From Trichoplax adhaerens (Eukaryota > Animalia > Placozoa), in contig NW_002060952.1 in NCBI RefSeq assembly GCF_000150275.1, positions 1,168,452 through 1,232,451 on the forward strand: a stretch of DNA of 64,000 bases, in the 5' to 3' direction. The translations under genes were made by a program, and so were the position numbers. Of this stretch, positions 37,893 to 51,312 are shown in pieces. The notes beneath the pieces were generated by a model that was not told the DNA's origin, ran no database searches, and saw nothing but the letters and a program-made list of their open reading frames with translations. Numbering within the stretch: position 1 is the stretch's first letter; every line of letters begins with the position of its first letter.

Positions 37893-40457
37893 TATTGATT
37901 ATCCCCTTGATAACAGAAAATATCCTCAGATCTTTCACATCTATCTTAATTGTACCTATAAAAGTACAATGTACAGCAGATTATTTACTTGAATATTTTT
38001 TTTCAGTTTCCATTGCACGAGTATGGAGGTTAGAAAGCACTCAGATAATAAAACATATGACAGTGTAACTTTATTATCATGCCGTCGATGAGAGCAGGCT
38101 TACCAACAACTTATAGTAAGTTACAAGCCTCGGATCTGACTGTCTAATACGTACCAACTATATATTTAATGCACTGCCGGGTATGTGAATTCGGCTACTC
38201 GTTAGATAGAGTAAAAAAGGTTTCAATTCCAGAACACTTTTGATCGAGCAATAACCATGTTTCTATGTGTATAATTTTTCTTTATTGCTCCTTCTTATCT
38301 CTTATGAAATTTATAGTGTTTTTAAATCCACATTATCAAAAATATGTCGAAATATGTTTTTAGAGCGTCCACTTTAGGACAAATGAGGGGTATGTGTAAA
38401 TGACGTCCATATCATTTCGATACATTATACAAGGATTTTTAGAATGTTCATCGTTGGATAGAATTATAAGTGGTTTCAATTACGGAATACTTTTTCACAC
38501 TTCCACGTGTAATACTGCCTTTACTGTCCCTTCTTACCGCTTATATCCTTTATTTTAGTTATAATCTGATTCGCCATCGTTCTAGTTGTTGTGATTCTGA
38601 CATGACTACTATTGCAGTGTTTCACATAGCTATTGTATAGTGATAGGTGAGTCATGAAGACTTGTAAGTCCTGCCGCTAGGCAATTTAAATTGGAAGATT
38701 TGGAGATTAAATAAAGGTAACTTACTAGTAATTATAGATTGAGTGAGTATTAGAGCGTTGCGATTAGCCGGAATACCTGATATAATTTCACCTAACCTAT
38801 AAGGAAGTACTAGAAGTTTAATACTAGTACGCTGATCCTCTAACGAGGTTACACAGTAACATATAGAATAGTAATTGCATTCACTATAGCAACTTTTCTT
38901 ATCCAAGACATGAAGACTCCCTCCAACAAACCGAACAAATACTTTCAATTTAACCCAATTTTAAATCTATACATTAATTTATGACTCTAGTAATTTTTAT
39001 ATAAACATCTTTCAAATAAAATTTCATGACAAAACTAGTTCATCTTAATATCAATTTCGTGCGTGAAAATTGATGCTGAACCTGAAGAAACTCGCTCGTT
39101 ATTCTTTGCATACGCCTACTACTATACTGTAATAATTTTTTTCACTTATAGGACGTTATCTATAGCATACGTCGTCGTAAAAAAATTGTTATTATTGACG
39201 AGTATATGGGTATATATATACGTTTCTTGGACAATATTATAACGTTATGTGTTAAAGGCTACTGTATTGCATTCAGTTTAAACTCCATATAATCTGATCA
39301 CGATGGGCCATTCATATCTTGAATGTCATAGTAAAGAAATTAAAAAAAGGCAATTCAAAACAAATAGATTAACATTGATATACTTAATCTTATATCAATA
39401 TTTAAAAAGTAAATGGTACGGTATTTAAAATAATTTACGATAATTTTCTAATTACACTATGGTATAGAATTTATAGTATGGTAACTTTTTATCCGAAATT
39501 AATACCGAATTATGCGAAAATAAACTGTACCTTGTGAATGAGTTATGCGAGAATAATCCAATTCTACTGTATAAACAATTAATATCTCGTGAATGGATCA
39601 TAGGTAATTGCTAACTTTATTTCGGGTGCAAGGTGTTCATTGTAACGGATTACACTGGATTCTCCGACAAAAAAGATGGGCTTCTACTAAGTTTACAGCA
39701 ATTACCAGAAATTTACAAAGATTTTACGCAGTCAATTGTTATAAAAATCTTCCCTAAAGAGTAACTTGTTAATGGTGAGCAAATTCATGACACCAAACGT
39801 AGATGACAATTAAGTGCGCTATGGCCATTCATTAATTTCATCTCTAACATAATAACATTCCATTACGTTTTGCAACTTATTTACTCAGCCTTATGTATTT
39901 ATCTTCATTAAAACTGGTAATACAAATAATTATTCAGCTAGTGAGATGAATTTTAATGTTATAAAATATTAAGAATGCCACTCCTTTACTAAATGAAATA
40001 GGCTTCTCCTAGCCAAAATTACATCTGCCGATAAATAAATTTATTATGTATATATTAAAAACTCCTTTAATTCCTTATTCTCTTCCAGTTTCCTTTTCTA
40101 TAAAACTTCATTGTTAACTTGCCTTTCAGTGATATTATGTCTTAACCACTTTGATTGTTTTAAATCGTGATCCTAATTTTTAAACTAGACTCAATTAATA
40201 TTTTGACTTTCTGATTACAGAATTGTTTTCAAACAAGCTTTTAACAAGATATATACTCAATTAATGCTTCGCTTTTATTTAAATAGCAGCTATTATATAT
40301 CATTATACGTACACGAGTAATTTATTTTCAACCGCATTTTATTTATGATAGATTTCTATCAGCCTTTAACTTGGAAGCGTGAACTTCACTCTAGTTTACC
40401 GGATGCTTTTCTAGCTTTGTAATTTATCTGAGGAATAATTTAACGTTCAATCTACTC

Positions 40458-41506
40458 ATGGTGGTTTCCAATAATAGTTCCAATTTTACCACGAATAATA
40501 ATGCATATGTGGCTTTCTACAGTAAAGTATTCATAGGCGTAACTGGATTCATTTTAAACATGTCCGTTGGTTTAATTATATGCACTCATTCTGCATTGCG
40601 TCAACCGTTTACCTATTTAATTTTGAATCTATCTATTTCTGATTTATTAGTTTCTTTAACTCTCTTAGTAAATGGTATCTTGGATTATTATACTATAGCT
40701 AGTTTTACTACTTATCAAAATGCTTACATCCTATGTACGGTCAATGTTGCTATCGTACTAACTTCAATGCCTGGTGCTTGCTTAACGTTATTGGTGATGA
40801 GTTTTGAACGATATCAAGCAGTTGCAGCTGTTCGCCTTCGTAATATAAAATTTACGACAGTACTAAAAATTATCTTAATTACATGGTTGGCAGCTATTTC
40901 ATCAGCGATTATACCGACTTACTATGCTACGTTTTATAATCACTATCCAAGTGCTTGCACTATTGGTCGAATAGACAATTATACGCTGTTAGTGATCTCC
41001 ATCATATTGTTTAGTACAACTTGTATTCTTCCAATCATTGTAATGTTGATCATGTATGGGTTGATAATTTATAAATTAATCTATGAAAAGTCAGCTGTCG
41101 AAATAGGTCTATCATTTATTACAAATAACAGGGGAAAAAATATTCGCAGTACTATTCTTCCAGTTTTATTAACTTCAATCTTCACGACTGCACCTAGTAT
41201 TCCATATATACTATTGAGTTATTACACATTAATTAAGGAATACTATAATCCATACTTCAGAGAGCCATTTATGAAAAAAATTATGGTCTTTGGATTGTTG
41301 CCTCTTTATTGCATGTGTTAACACCTATTGTTAATCCGTTTTTATATAATTTAGCCAGTAGTAAGTTCCGAAAGGTTTTGTATTCATTACTATGTCATTG
41401 GCGGCGTTCGCCTTTTCATACAAATATAATTTGGATAAAACCAATTTCCAGAGAAGCTTGCGATTCAAGTAACAAAGCTTCTCAAATTGCATTAGTGCAA
41501 AAGTAA
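40458..41506 (+). pseudogene. GPCR (subfamily C) broken by a single 1-bp frameshift in an A7 run; may be intact in vivo
   Basis: ORFs 40458-41321 and 41309-41506 join into a full 7TM receptor (..FMKKNYGLWIVASLLHVLTPIVNPFLY..) if one A is added at 41274-41280. Confidence 0.75.
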
Positions 41507-41569
41507 TGTTTTTATTCATTTGATAACAAAATACCTACTGGAATCTTTCACATCCATATTACATAAATC

Positions 41570-42187
41570 TGTTATGATCAAATTATTTCCCAAGAAAAAT
41601 GCACACAACGATATAAAATTTTTCTAATACTCTATTACCTCCTCTATGATTCTATTGATGCTACCATGATGTCTTTTATATTGTTTATGCTGGTATCTTC
41701 TTGTAGTGTATTTAGAATATACTGTAACTATATTCTACTCTTAAATATAGACATGTTGTATTGCTCTTATATTTAGACAGATCTACAATCCGCTTACTCT
41801 ACATTCATATATAGACTACTGTATTTAGTTATTACGGTACTCGCTGTTTTCTACAATCATCTGCTATTTTTTAACCTGTTATGGTATATGTTGTATCTAA
41901 TTCCGCAATCCTATTCTCTGCATGTGCTCTATCTTTAAAACTATAAATACTGGCGATTTCTACCTCAGAGTTCATTAGCCTCTCAGTTAGTCTTCTAGTT
42001 AGTCTCTCACAGTCTAATACTTCTACTCGTTACTCAGGACAGCTTGCACGCTGATCTACCGTAACTACCTCACTGTACTTCACATTACTAACCTACAATA
42101 AAGCATAACTTTTATAAACCCTTTGTTGTAATAATTGTAAATGGCGACTAAATCTCAATCCTCTGAGATATCGAACCCTCCATCACA
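41570..42187 (+). mobile_element. Solo-LTR-like element (618 bp)
   Basis: TGTTATG...CATCACA (6/7 inverted match); TATAAATA at 41942, AATAAA at 42097; partial second copy at about 29528; flanks AAATC/CTGCT do not form a TSD. Confidence 0.6.
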
Positions 42188-42717
42188 CTGCTATCTTACA
42201 ACTACAGTACCTTTTTCGTAAGTTAAAAACATCAGCTTTATAGTCAAATCTCGTGCTTCGTTGACCGATAATTCTAAACTGATTAGATTATTAACAACAA
42301 TTGACTATGTCTAAAAGAAACGGTGCGTTAATTAATGGATTTGATATAAGCTGATATCCTTTGATTAGATAGCATAATTAAGCTATTTGATTCATATCAG
42401 ATCTACTTTTTTATTGAAAATTAAGTAGATGAGAATGTTTTATGTTGCCCGTTAATAAACTTATCGCAGGCTTCTGTTAAACTAGGAGCACCCTTACCAG
42501 TTCTTATTCCTACGTAGTTGGTAGAAATTTATTGCCAACATACTCATAAATACCTATTAAAAAATTTACTTAGAATATTTAAATCAATCATTAGAGCGAT
42601 TGTAGAAGCAGAGTGACGAACACCAGTATTTCGTTAGTGATTTGAGCTTTAAATAAAATGGCTTCAAAAAATTTTAGAACATGAGCTACGATTTCTTGCA
42701 AAATTACGCTTTATTAA

Positions 42718-43458
42718 AGTGATATATAACTATCACGAAATTTCAAAATTTGTAGAAAATTGGAACTTAATTAGGTCTTATAAAAGATCATGTTTGTACA
42801 GCTCTATTCTAGCTAAATATAACTACTAGAATAATCTTAGTTGTCAGTCGTTACAAATCAAAATTTCTAATGAAGAAAAAGTTGAACTATTACAGAAATT
42901 ACACTACAAATCACCTGTCAGGTTTGTCCTCCCTGACATTAACCTATAGTACGATTATAAGTACTGACGATCTCCTATGGTCAGCAGGAACAGTAACTCA
43001 ACTTTTATCTCTCGACAAACTGAACCCAAACTTTATTAAAAAAGATAGTCAATCAATAGTAAACTGACATAAACATTAATTATTAGTACTTAGATAACAT
43101 TGTGAAACTATGTAGTTATCTATATAAAGTACGCATAACGTCATAGTAAAAGGTACGGTATCTGACGAAAATAAGATAAGCATTTTGTAGGATTCGTAAC
43201 TCCAGCTTAAAGTATATACTTTTGGTAGCATTCGTAGCTATAATATATGAATTACAGTTCTATTTTTACCTCTAACCTTAATAGCAACTCAATACCCTAC
43301 TGTCTATAGTCATCTGTACTCTAGCATAGAATCTTTCACTACAGTCTAAAGTCATAAGCTACAAAATAATTCTTAAGATAAATATAGAAAGTAGTGCTAC
43401 TGTACATCATACCAAACATGGCTAATAGTCTACAGTTCCAATACTAAATTACCTTACA
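42718..43458 (-). mobile_element. Solo LTR, family 3, with internal insertion
   Basis: Colinear with 27477-28026 at both ends; near-TSD ATTAA/ATTAC; extra internal sequence includes a segment bounded by TGTCAGT...ACTGACA (42842-43069). Confidence 0.75.
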
Positions 43459-44171
43459 ATTACATAAAATTGGCTTATCTAATTCCAATTACAACTTTTC
43501 TCTTCAGCTAATTTTTAGACTATAATATAGTGTGATATCGCTGTAACAATGTAAATAAAAGGAAATTGTACAAAAATATATGATATCCTGTTAACTTAGA
43601 TAAGAATTTTGATACTTAAGCAATTTGTAAGTTAATAGCCTTTACCTTTATTGTGTGATATAGCAACTAAATTTATTATATGAAATTTTCTGTAAATGAT
43701 ATTGAAACGAATTTCATAAATGCCTCTAGCTTTAGGTAGCTAAGTGTTTACATCTAAATATCTTAATAAACGAGCATTTCGGAGTACCGTTTATCTAGTT
43801 TCACTGTTGCAAAAATATTTATCTATTACAGCCACTTTACGCTGTAGTTTTCCAAAAAAGTTATTCAAACGCAAATTAAGAGGTCTTCAAATACATTCTT
43901 TTTCGGTCGTTGTTAATTACGATAACAAAATGTATTTGGAAAGGTTCAATAGAAACTCCGTTAAATGAATGATAAAATTCATTTGTAACCGAATCTTTAC
44001 TAGTATTTTCATTTTGTATTACACCATACTAAGCGTCTACGTCTGTCTCTCTATATAAGCATACACTCGTATATGCTTCGTTAATCATTTTAACTGTTGC
44101 GAATTTAGTTCCTGAGGCTTAAGTGGATTTGATATTCAGTCTAGCATAAAATACACGTTGCGATTAATTTA

Positions 44172-44598
44172 TGTGACAAAATCAGTCGCGGAAATTCAAA
44201 ATTTAAAGAAAATTAAAACTTTATTAGATCTATTGCAATTATTAGCTACACACAGCTCTACTTTAACCGAATACAACGACTGAAAGATTTCTAAGAATAA
44301 CAAATCGGATAATCTATTGTCGCTTGCTTTTATAATCTCCGTAGCCTTTGCAGCTACAATCAGTATAGCAACATTTTACACGTAATAAAATTATAATTAG
44401 TAACACTAGTTTACAGCGGACCATCATTAATCCAATATGAAAACAATTAGGGTAATTGATATTATTTTCTTCTCTTCAAAGTACAATAAACTAACCGTAT
44501 CTTAATATATGATTTACAGTTCTACTTTTATCTCTAACCTTATTAGTAGCTCAACCTCCTACCGTATACAATCATCTATGCTCTAGCATAGAGTCTAC
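44172..44598 (-). mobile_element. Truncated solo LTR, family 3
   Basis: Starts TGTGA; shares gcggaccatcattaatccaatatg and ctctagcatagagtct with 27477-28026; stops abruptly at about 44598. Confidence 0.78.
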
Positions 44599-46887
44599 TA
44601 AGAGCAGCGCGGGGGTATTTATACTACTGTTAAATGACTCTGATTATGGGTTCATTTCAATAGGTCAGTATAAGATTCTTACAGTACTTTTAACCTCAAG
44701 ATTTCTTCATGTAAAACGAATAGCTCTAAGGTAGTCATTTCTGCAAGAGTACTGATTATTAAAATAGTATTCGTTATATCGCTAAGGGTGGCCACTGGGC
44801 CTTTAAATTTTGATTTCATGTAATATTCTGATGAAAATTGAATAAACATAGAATCTTTATAGAGTTTTCTACACAGCCATTTTGATTCTTACATTTTCTT
44901 ATAACGGTTACTATCGACAGAGCAAGCTTTACTTGCATACTCAAGCGATGCTTAGACACATTATAATGATTGGTATGGAATTGACCACAGTACTAAGGAC
45001 ATTGAACCGCACTGTCGATATCTTACAGTACCTGCTAATCTTAACTTGGTATGTCCATCACCGTACATTAGTTATCGTAATGTGCTTTATAACAATAGCA
45101 AATTCTATCAAATGTATTACAACGTACTTATACGCAACGATAGTCTTAAGCACCAAGATACCACTGTACAGACACTATTTTCTTGAATTTTAAAGTCACT
45201 AACGATATTCTTGTAATAATATGTAACTCCTTCAACTACTTTTATAGATTATACTGCTACACAATAAGAATACGCCCACAAACCAAATAGATAGAAAGTG
45301 CTTTATTTACAGTGATTTACAGCAGTATGTATTAGTTACCATCCGCCATAACTTCCAAAGTTCTTCTTTTCTTACTATCAATCCCCGATCATCTTCTATT
45401 CTGGCTTTCATTATCCATAACTCTTTCGTAAACATATTTGTAAATAACTTCTAGCCATTACCTCACACTTTACATTCATTCAGTTCATTATAAATTTAAT
45501 ATAATTAGTAGAAATCTAATTTTCCTAAGCACCATGATTACAGTTCTTTGCTTTTCTAATTTTAAACCAATACAACCTCTAATCATACATAACACAGTCT
45601 CCCTCTAACCTCCTTATATGATGCGAACTGCTTATGCTATATTAACTATATTACTATAGTAGAATAATTAATCCTTTACTTCAATTGCCGCATGTTAAAC
45701 AGAGCTATCTTCTTAATAGACAAGTTTTAATGTTCTTACTTGCTATGAGAATATTCTTAAAAATGTAGAGATTTTGTTCTAAGATATGCAGTAGATAAGT
45801 GGTTCAATATTCTGAAATTACTTAACGACTATTTCTTTTAAATTACACTAGATTTATATAAAATAAACTCAATGACATACTTTGCAAGCACTCTCTGCAG
45901 CAGTATGACATTTTTTAATTAACGCAGTTTGGAGTAGCTAAACAATATTGGAATAGAATTTTCTACCAAAAATGTATAACGCAATTAAAGGTCTATGGAG
46001 ATAAAGAAGAATTTAAGTATTAATTTAATGCTAATTCCTCCAATCTGTCATCATTATACTTCAAAATAGCGAAATAGTAAACGCATTCAAAAATATTGAT
46101 TGAAATATTACAGGATGATTACGTCATGACAATATTGTTATTCGCTATGAATCGTTGAAATTTTATAATTAAAGTGGGGAAACAGTTTAAAAAAACGTAT
46201 TAAAATAATGAAAATAATGCCTTTGAAGATTTTATCCTCGAAAATTGAACTACCGCATCATCTTCTAGTTGGTAAGTTAATTCATTGTTAAACCACCACC
46301 TACAAGTAACGATAACTAATCCGGAATCGAAAAATTACTACTCAGAAATTGAAAAATGAATTTGTCAAGTTAATTTTTTTCAAATTAACGATATAATAGA
46401 TGATGATTGAGCAAAATTTCCATTCCTAATTAAAAGTAGGTGTCTTAATTGAAAGTCTTTCTTTATAAATAATTTAATTATCTTAACAATGCGAAAATTG
46501 ATCAAATATTTTTGCAATTTATTCATACAACTATACAAATAATTAAGCTATCTAGTCCAAGGCAGCTATACTAAATATTATTATTGAAAGTAGGGTAATA
46601 CTATTAACTATAATATCCTGTACATTCTATAATTGGATTTAGGCAAATTATAATAGTAGGTACCTTTGTTAAAAACTGTATGATCTTCTCATGACTAATT
46701 TCAAAAAGATTATCTTCAAACAATTGGCTAATATTTGATGCATGAATCTATCAATTATCATTGAATGATTAAATAGGCAATTATATGCTACGCCACCACT
46801 TATCGAATTAATATCTTAATCTCTTACCCCAACGATTACTTACACATAAAAATACACTAGAATATTGTTAAGCTGCATCATTCCAAC

Positions 46888-47958
46888 ATGGACGTCAACG
46901 TAACTAATAATCAAAGTATCAAGACTTCTTATTATGCTGCTTTAATTAACACAAGTGTTGGCGTAGTGGCGTTTATTTTAAATCTATCAGTTTGTTTGAT
47001 TATTACCTCACACTCCATTCTACACCAGCCATTTAATCATCTAATATTAAATTTATCTTTTTCTGATCTCTTGGTCTCTTTAGCCGTCTTTTTCAACGGA
47101 ATTTTAGATTATTTTTCTGTACAACGATTTATGTCTTATGAATTGGCTACGGTTATTTGCAAGATTGATATGTCATGTGCTGTAATATCACTACCCGTTG
47201 CTTGCTTAACGTTACTTATGATGAGTATTGAGCGTTATCATGCTGTTGCAATAATCCAATTTCGATCTGTGAAACTATCAACGATACGTAAGGCTATTTT
47301 GATCATTTGGATATTGGCGATTTTGTCAGCAATTATACCGATCATCTCTACTCAGCTAGATCCTATTTATCCAAATGACTGTTTTGTTGGCGGCATTGAT
47401 AATTTTGCCTTGCTAGTCGTAAGCATTATAGCTTTTTCCGTAACATGTGTGGTATCCATCGCGATTATGTTAATATTCTACGGTATCACTATTCATAAAT
47501 TATGCCATAATATGGCTGTCGTCCAACCTTCGCAGACGCGAATTACAAGTAAATGGGATCAAAATATACGACGAACTATTATTCCAATTCTATTTCTGTC
47601 GATTTTTTCATCGATATCTAGCGTTCCTTACGTACTTCTAAATTATTATATTATGTTTAATCAATATTATGCTCCTAATTTCAGAAATCACTTTATTCAA
47701 CGATACCATTCTATATGGTCAGCCTGTGCAATAATGTTTATCTTAACGCCTGTAATTAATCCTCTCTTGTACAATTTGGCTAGTAGTAAATTTCGCGAAG
47801 TAATTCATGAATTAATATGTTGCCGGAATTCATTGGTGAATAAAAGTACAAAGCAATTGAAATCCATTCAAGTAATTACCTGCAGTTCAAGTGTGACTAA
47901 TATTCGAAGCTGTACGGTGAAATCTGAAAAATCATTTAGCTTGAAAGCGCAATTTTAA
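46888..47958 (+). CDS. Intronless class A GPCR, 356 aa
   Basis: 7TM; NLSFSD, ICKID, SIERY, YPNDC, NPLLY, KFRE, CC; TM5 proline replaced by Ser. Confidence 0.93.
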   Translation: MDVNVTNNQSIKTSYYAALINTSVGVVAFILNLSVCLIITSHSILHQPFNHLILNLSFSDLLVSLAVFFNGILDYFSVQRFMSYELATVICKIDMSCAVISLPVACLTLLMMSIERYHAVAIIQFRSVKLSTIRKAILIIWILAILSAIIPIISTQLDPIYPNDCFVGGIDNFALLVVSIIAFSVTCVVSIAIMLIFYGITIHKLCHNMAVVQPSQTRITSKWDQNIRRTIIPILFLSIFSSISSVPYVLLNYYIMFNQYYAPNFRNHFIQRYHSIWSACAIMFILTPVINPLLYNLASSKFREVIHELICCRNSLVNKSTKQLKSIQVITCSSSVTNIRSCTVKSEKSFSLKAQF

Positions 47959-48099
47959 ACTCATACCAGTTTAAGACTACTGCAATATTCAAAGGTTAAG
48001 TTTTTTGTATAAGCCAGCACGGCAAGGAATATTTTTTGTTATAGCGAAATCTGTTACAGTATTCTGTTCAAATGAATTCTATCAAAGTACATAGGATAC

Positions 48100-48648
48100 T
48101 GTTACGGTGTTGCCTTGTCATTAGGGCAGTTTACTAAGTACAGTAGTAGCTAGTATGGAGAATATCCATATTTATAGTGCTAAGTAAGATAAGTAATGCC
48201 TTAACGTGGATATTGTTTGTAATAGTTCTTTACATATTTGATATTGATTGTTATCGTGTGATAGATAGCAGTAAGATGATTAAGTTCTAGCTGATGATAG
48301 TTGAATTAGATAACCTACGAGCTTCGATTAAGATTAAGTATGAGTAAGAGATTCAAAATATTTACTGATAGAAAAGCTATGTAAGGAGCATCTCAGTCCG
48401 AGATGTTTCTCCTAGTAAGGTATAATAATAATACTATTGTTGTTTACAAATTAGATGGTTCCTATATAAACGGGAACATTTGAGTTGAAAGTGTGGTATA
48501 AAGTTGTAGATGTATCTTTGCTAATAAAAATTTCATCTTTCAGTCTTTTACTGTGTGTGTTTAACATTAAGTAAAAGGGCGTTTAAGTCAGTAGCTACTT
48601 ATAGACTTTTACTGTACATTACCTTGTCGCAGAAGTGAAATTGTGACA
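48100..48648 (+). mobile_element. Solo LTR, family 1 (549 bp)
   Basis: TGTTAC...GTGACA; exact TSD GATAC (48095-48099 / 48649-48653); TATATAAA 48463-48470, AATAAA 48523-48528, then a GT-rich tract (U3-R-U5 order). Confidence 0.92.
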
Positions 48649-49357
48649 GATACTAATACGATAGTAATAGTTTTCCATCTAAGTTACTAGATTATATAGT
48701 CGTAAATTCGATTTCTATCGTAATGATATTTATTTAAATGGCAGCGCAGAATTGCGATAGTGCTACAATTCTAGGTGCCGTTATTATGTCAATAATTGTC
48801 AATATCTTCTATACAATATTGCCATTACAAATTTACGGAAATGCTTAATTTCCTTGCTTGTAAAAAAGATAATACTTATTCGATGCGTTATCTACGATAA
48901 TCTACAATCAAAATTAGCTCCCTATCAAAATCTATATTTATATCTTATTCACCATTTGAATAAAATTATTTATGTAACAGCTGGAGTAAAAAATTTATAA
49001 TATAGCGTAAATGTACCATCTATGAATAATTTATGGATATTGCAAGCTAAAATTATTTCCGCTAGAAATATTGCGCTAGCATGAAAGCAGTAACCAGAAA
49101 CGTCAACTTAATGTTATGTTTAGGAAATTTAAATCTTCGAAAATTATATATATGAATGTATTATCATAATTTATAGAACTACTCTGCTCTAAAGACTACA
49201 TATGCGTCTACTACTGTTAATGATGAGATACATTGAATGATATCAAATGATGGGCTTAAAATATGTATCAAAGGGTGCATTACACCGGTAAGATCGTCTA
49301 GAAGTATACTAGGCCGAATCATAGGACTTAAATACATTAAAAAATTACTACTCACCT

Positions 49358-49992
49358 GGTTACGGTGTTACCTTACAGTTAAGATAGCCTAACAGTAACG
49401 CAGTAGCTATTATAGAAAATATCCAAATCGTAGTATTGGGTAAGATAAGTAATGCATCAACGTGAGTATTACTTGTGATAGCTTATTAAATATTTGATAT
49501 TGATTGTTATTGTGAGTAGAAAGTAGTAAGATAATTCAAATTCTAGTTGGTGATAGCTGCACTAGACAGCATTCATGCTTAAGTTAAGATTTAGTATGAG
49601 TAATAGCNNNNNNNNNNNNNNNNNNNNNNNNNNNNNNNNNNNNNNNNNNNNNNNNNNNNNNNNNNNNNNNNNNTAAAGTATTTACTGATAGGAAAGCTAC
49701 TAATATGTAAGGAATATCTCTATTCGAGATGTCTTTCCTAGTAAAGAATTATAATAATATTGTTGCTGTTTACAATTTAGGCGGTTCCTATATAAGCGGA
49801 AACATCTTGAGTAAGAAGTAGTTGAGCTGAGTTGTGAAAAGTTGTGGATGTGTCTTTTATAATAAAAGTTCTATCTATTCGCTTATTGGCTGTGTGTGTT
49901 TAATGTTTAGTAAAAGCGCTTTTAAATCCGTAGTAACAGCGCTTATAAATTTTTACTTTGAATTTCCCTGTCGTAGAGTTTAAGTTGAGCCA
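49358..49992 (+). mobile_element. Degenerate solo LTR, family 1, containing a 66-N gap (49608-49673)
   Basis: Colinear with 48100-48648 along its length; termini decayed; no clear TSD. Confidence 0.8.
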
Positions 49993-50634
49993 CTGCCGCA
50001 GTTAATTTTTGTCATCATTTTAATTCTTTAGAATGAAATAGAAATGGCTCTTAACGAATCTATTACCGGTACTTAAGCATAGCACGGCCTATTTTATCAA
50101 GTAGTAAAATTTCTAACATAAAGGTTATCCATCACGTGCAAGAATTTCGTCCAGTCTAGCTTCTTAAACATCCCAATATAATATTTAATTATACTATCAT
50201 TGACCCAAATTATGCTATTACGTTAAGTTAATCTAAGTCCTGTGCAGAAATCGTCACTCGCGAAATTAAATGCTTTCGACTTTTTACAAAGTAACTACAT
50301 TAAGTTTGCCGCGTGATGATTTATATAACAATGAAACATCAGAAATATGTAAAATTTAGAGCTTGACCATGAAACAAACATTTTGATTCAGAAAAAAGTT
50401 TCAGGGAAGCTTTTAGTCAATATACCTGATTTTATCTCGCCGGCAATTAGTTAAGATATTTGAATTCAACTTAGCTATCATAGTAAACCTTTCCTTATCC
50501 TTACTATAAACTGTCTCGCTGCAAGTACAATTCTCGACTTAGTGTTAGAATTACTTATTACTAGCATCAGATTCTTAGCGCTAGATTATAAATATTATTC
50601 ACTATGTTAGTGCTTAAGTCGCAATCTATAGCAT

Positions 50635-51312
50635 ATTTAACTTGTAAAATTGCGATTTCATATGGTGTAGTCTCCTTACCTAGCGCTTACTTAACGCTAT
50701 TAACAATGAGTATTGAAAGATATCAAGCTATTACTAATGTTCGTGTTCATAAAATGGATTTGGCAGAAATACGTAAAGTAATCGCCCTTATTTGGTTCCT
50801 AGCCTGTATTTCAGCAATAACGCCTATCATGTACACACGATTGGATCTTTATTATCCTTACGAATGTTCTAACGGTCGAATCGACAATTACTTGATGATG
50901 ATGTTCTTCCTTCTTGTACTACTCTTGCATTGCATCATCCCGGTCAGTATGATGTCTATAACTTATATCATGAGGGAAATTTTATTCAACCAGTTCCGTT
51001 TTCTCCTATTAATAAGTGGAAAAGAAAAAGGCAGAGGCGAAATATTATTTCGATTTTATGCCTATCAATTTTTTCTTCTATTTCTAGTATGCATTACTTA
51101 CTACTACTGTACATTTTTATGTCATGTATAATCATCATTATCACGAAAATTTTCGAAATTTATTTCTTGAAAATAATTATCCTTTGTGAGCATCTTTAGG
51201 AGAGCTATTTATTCTTACACCCATTATCAATTCGCTCCTATATAATTTATCAAGTAGTAAATTTCAGGAAAGCATACACTCACTGATAAGCTGCTGCGAT
51301 CTGTTTCTCTAA
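50635..51312 (+). pseudogene. 5'-truncated GPCR pseudogene
   Basis: TCKIAISYGVVSLPSAYLTLLTMSIERYQAI, YPYECSNGRIDNY, LTPIINSLLYNLSSSKFQ; no TM1-2; frameshifting deletion after TM5. Confidence 0.88.

Noticed and set aside
38634-38973. Perfect 7-bp inverted ends TGTATAG...CTATACA
   Set aside because: No TSD, and the right end overlaps sequence homologous to a paralogous flank at about 29920, so the boundary is probably coincidental.
3953-49992. RIP-like or methylation-driven mutation of LTR copies (TAG/CTA-rich look)
   Set aside because: Differences between family 1 copies are mostly transitions in both directions and mixed contexts; no clear CpA or CpG specificity by eye.
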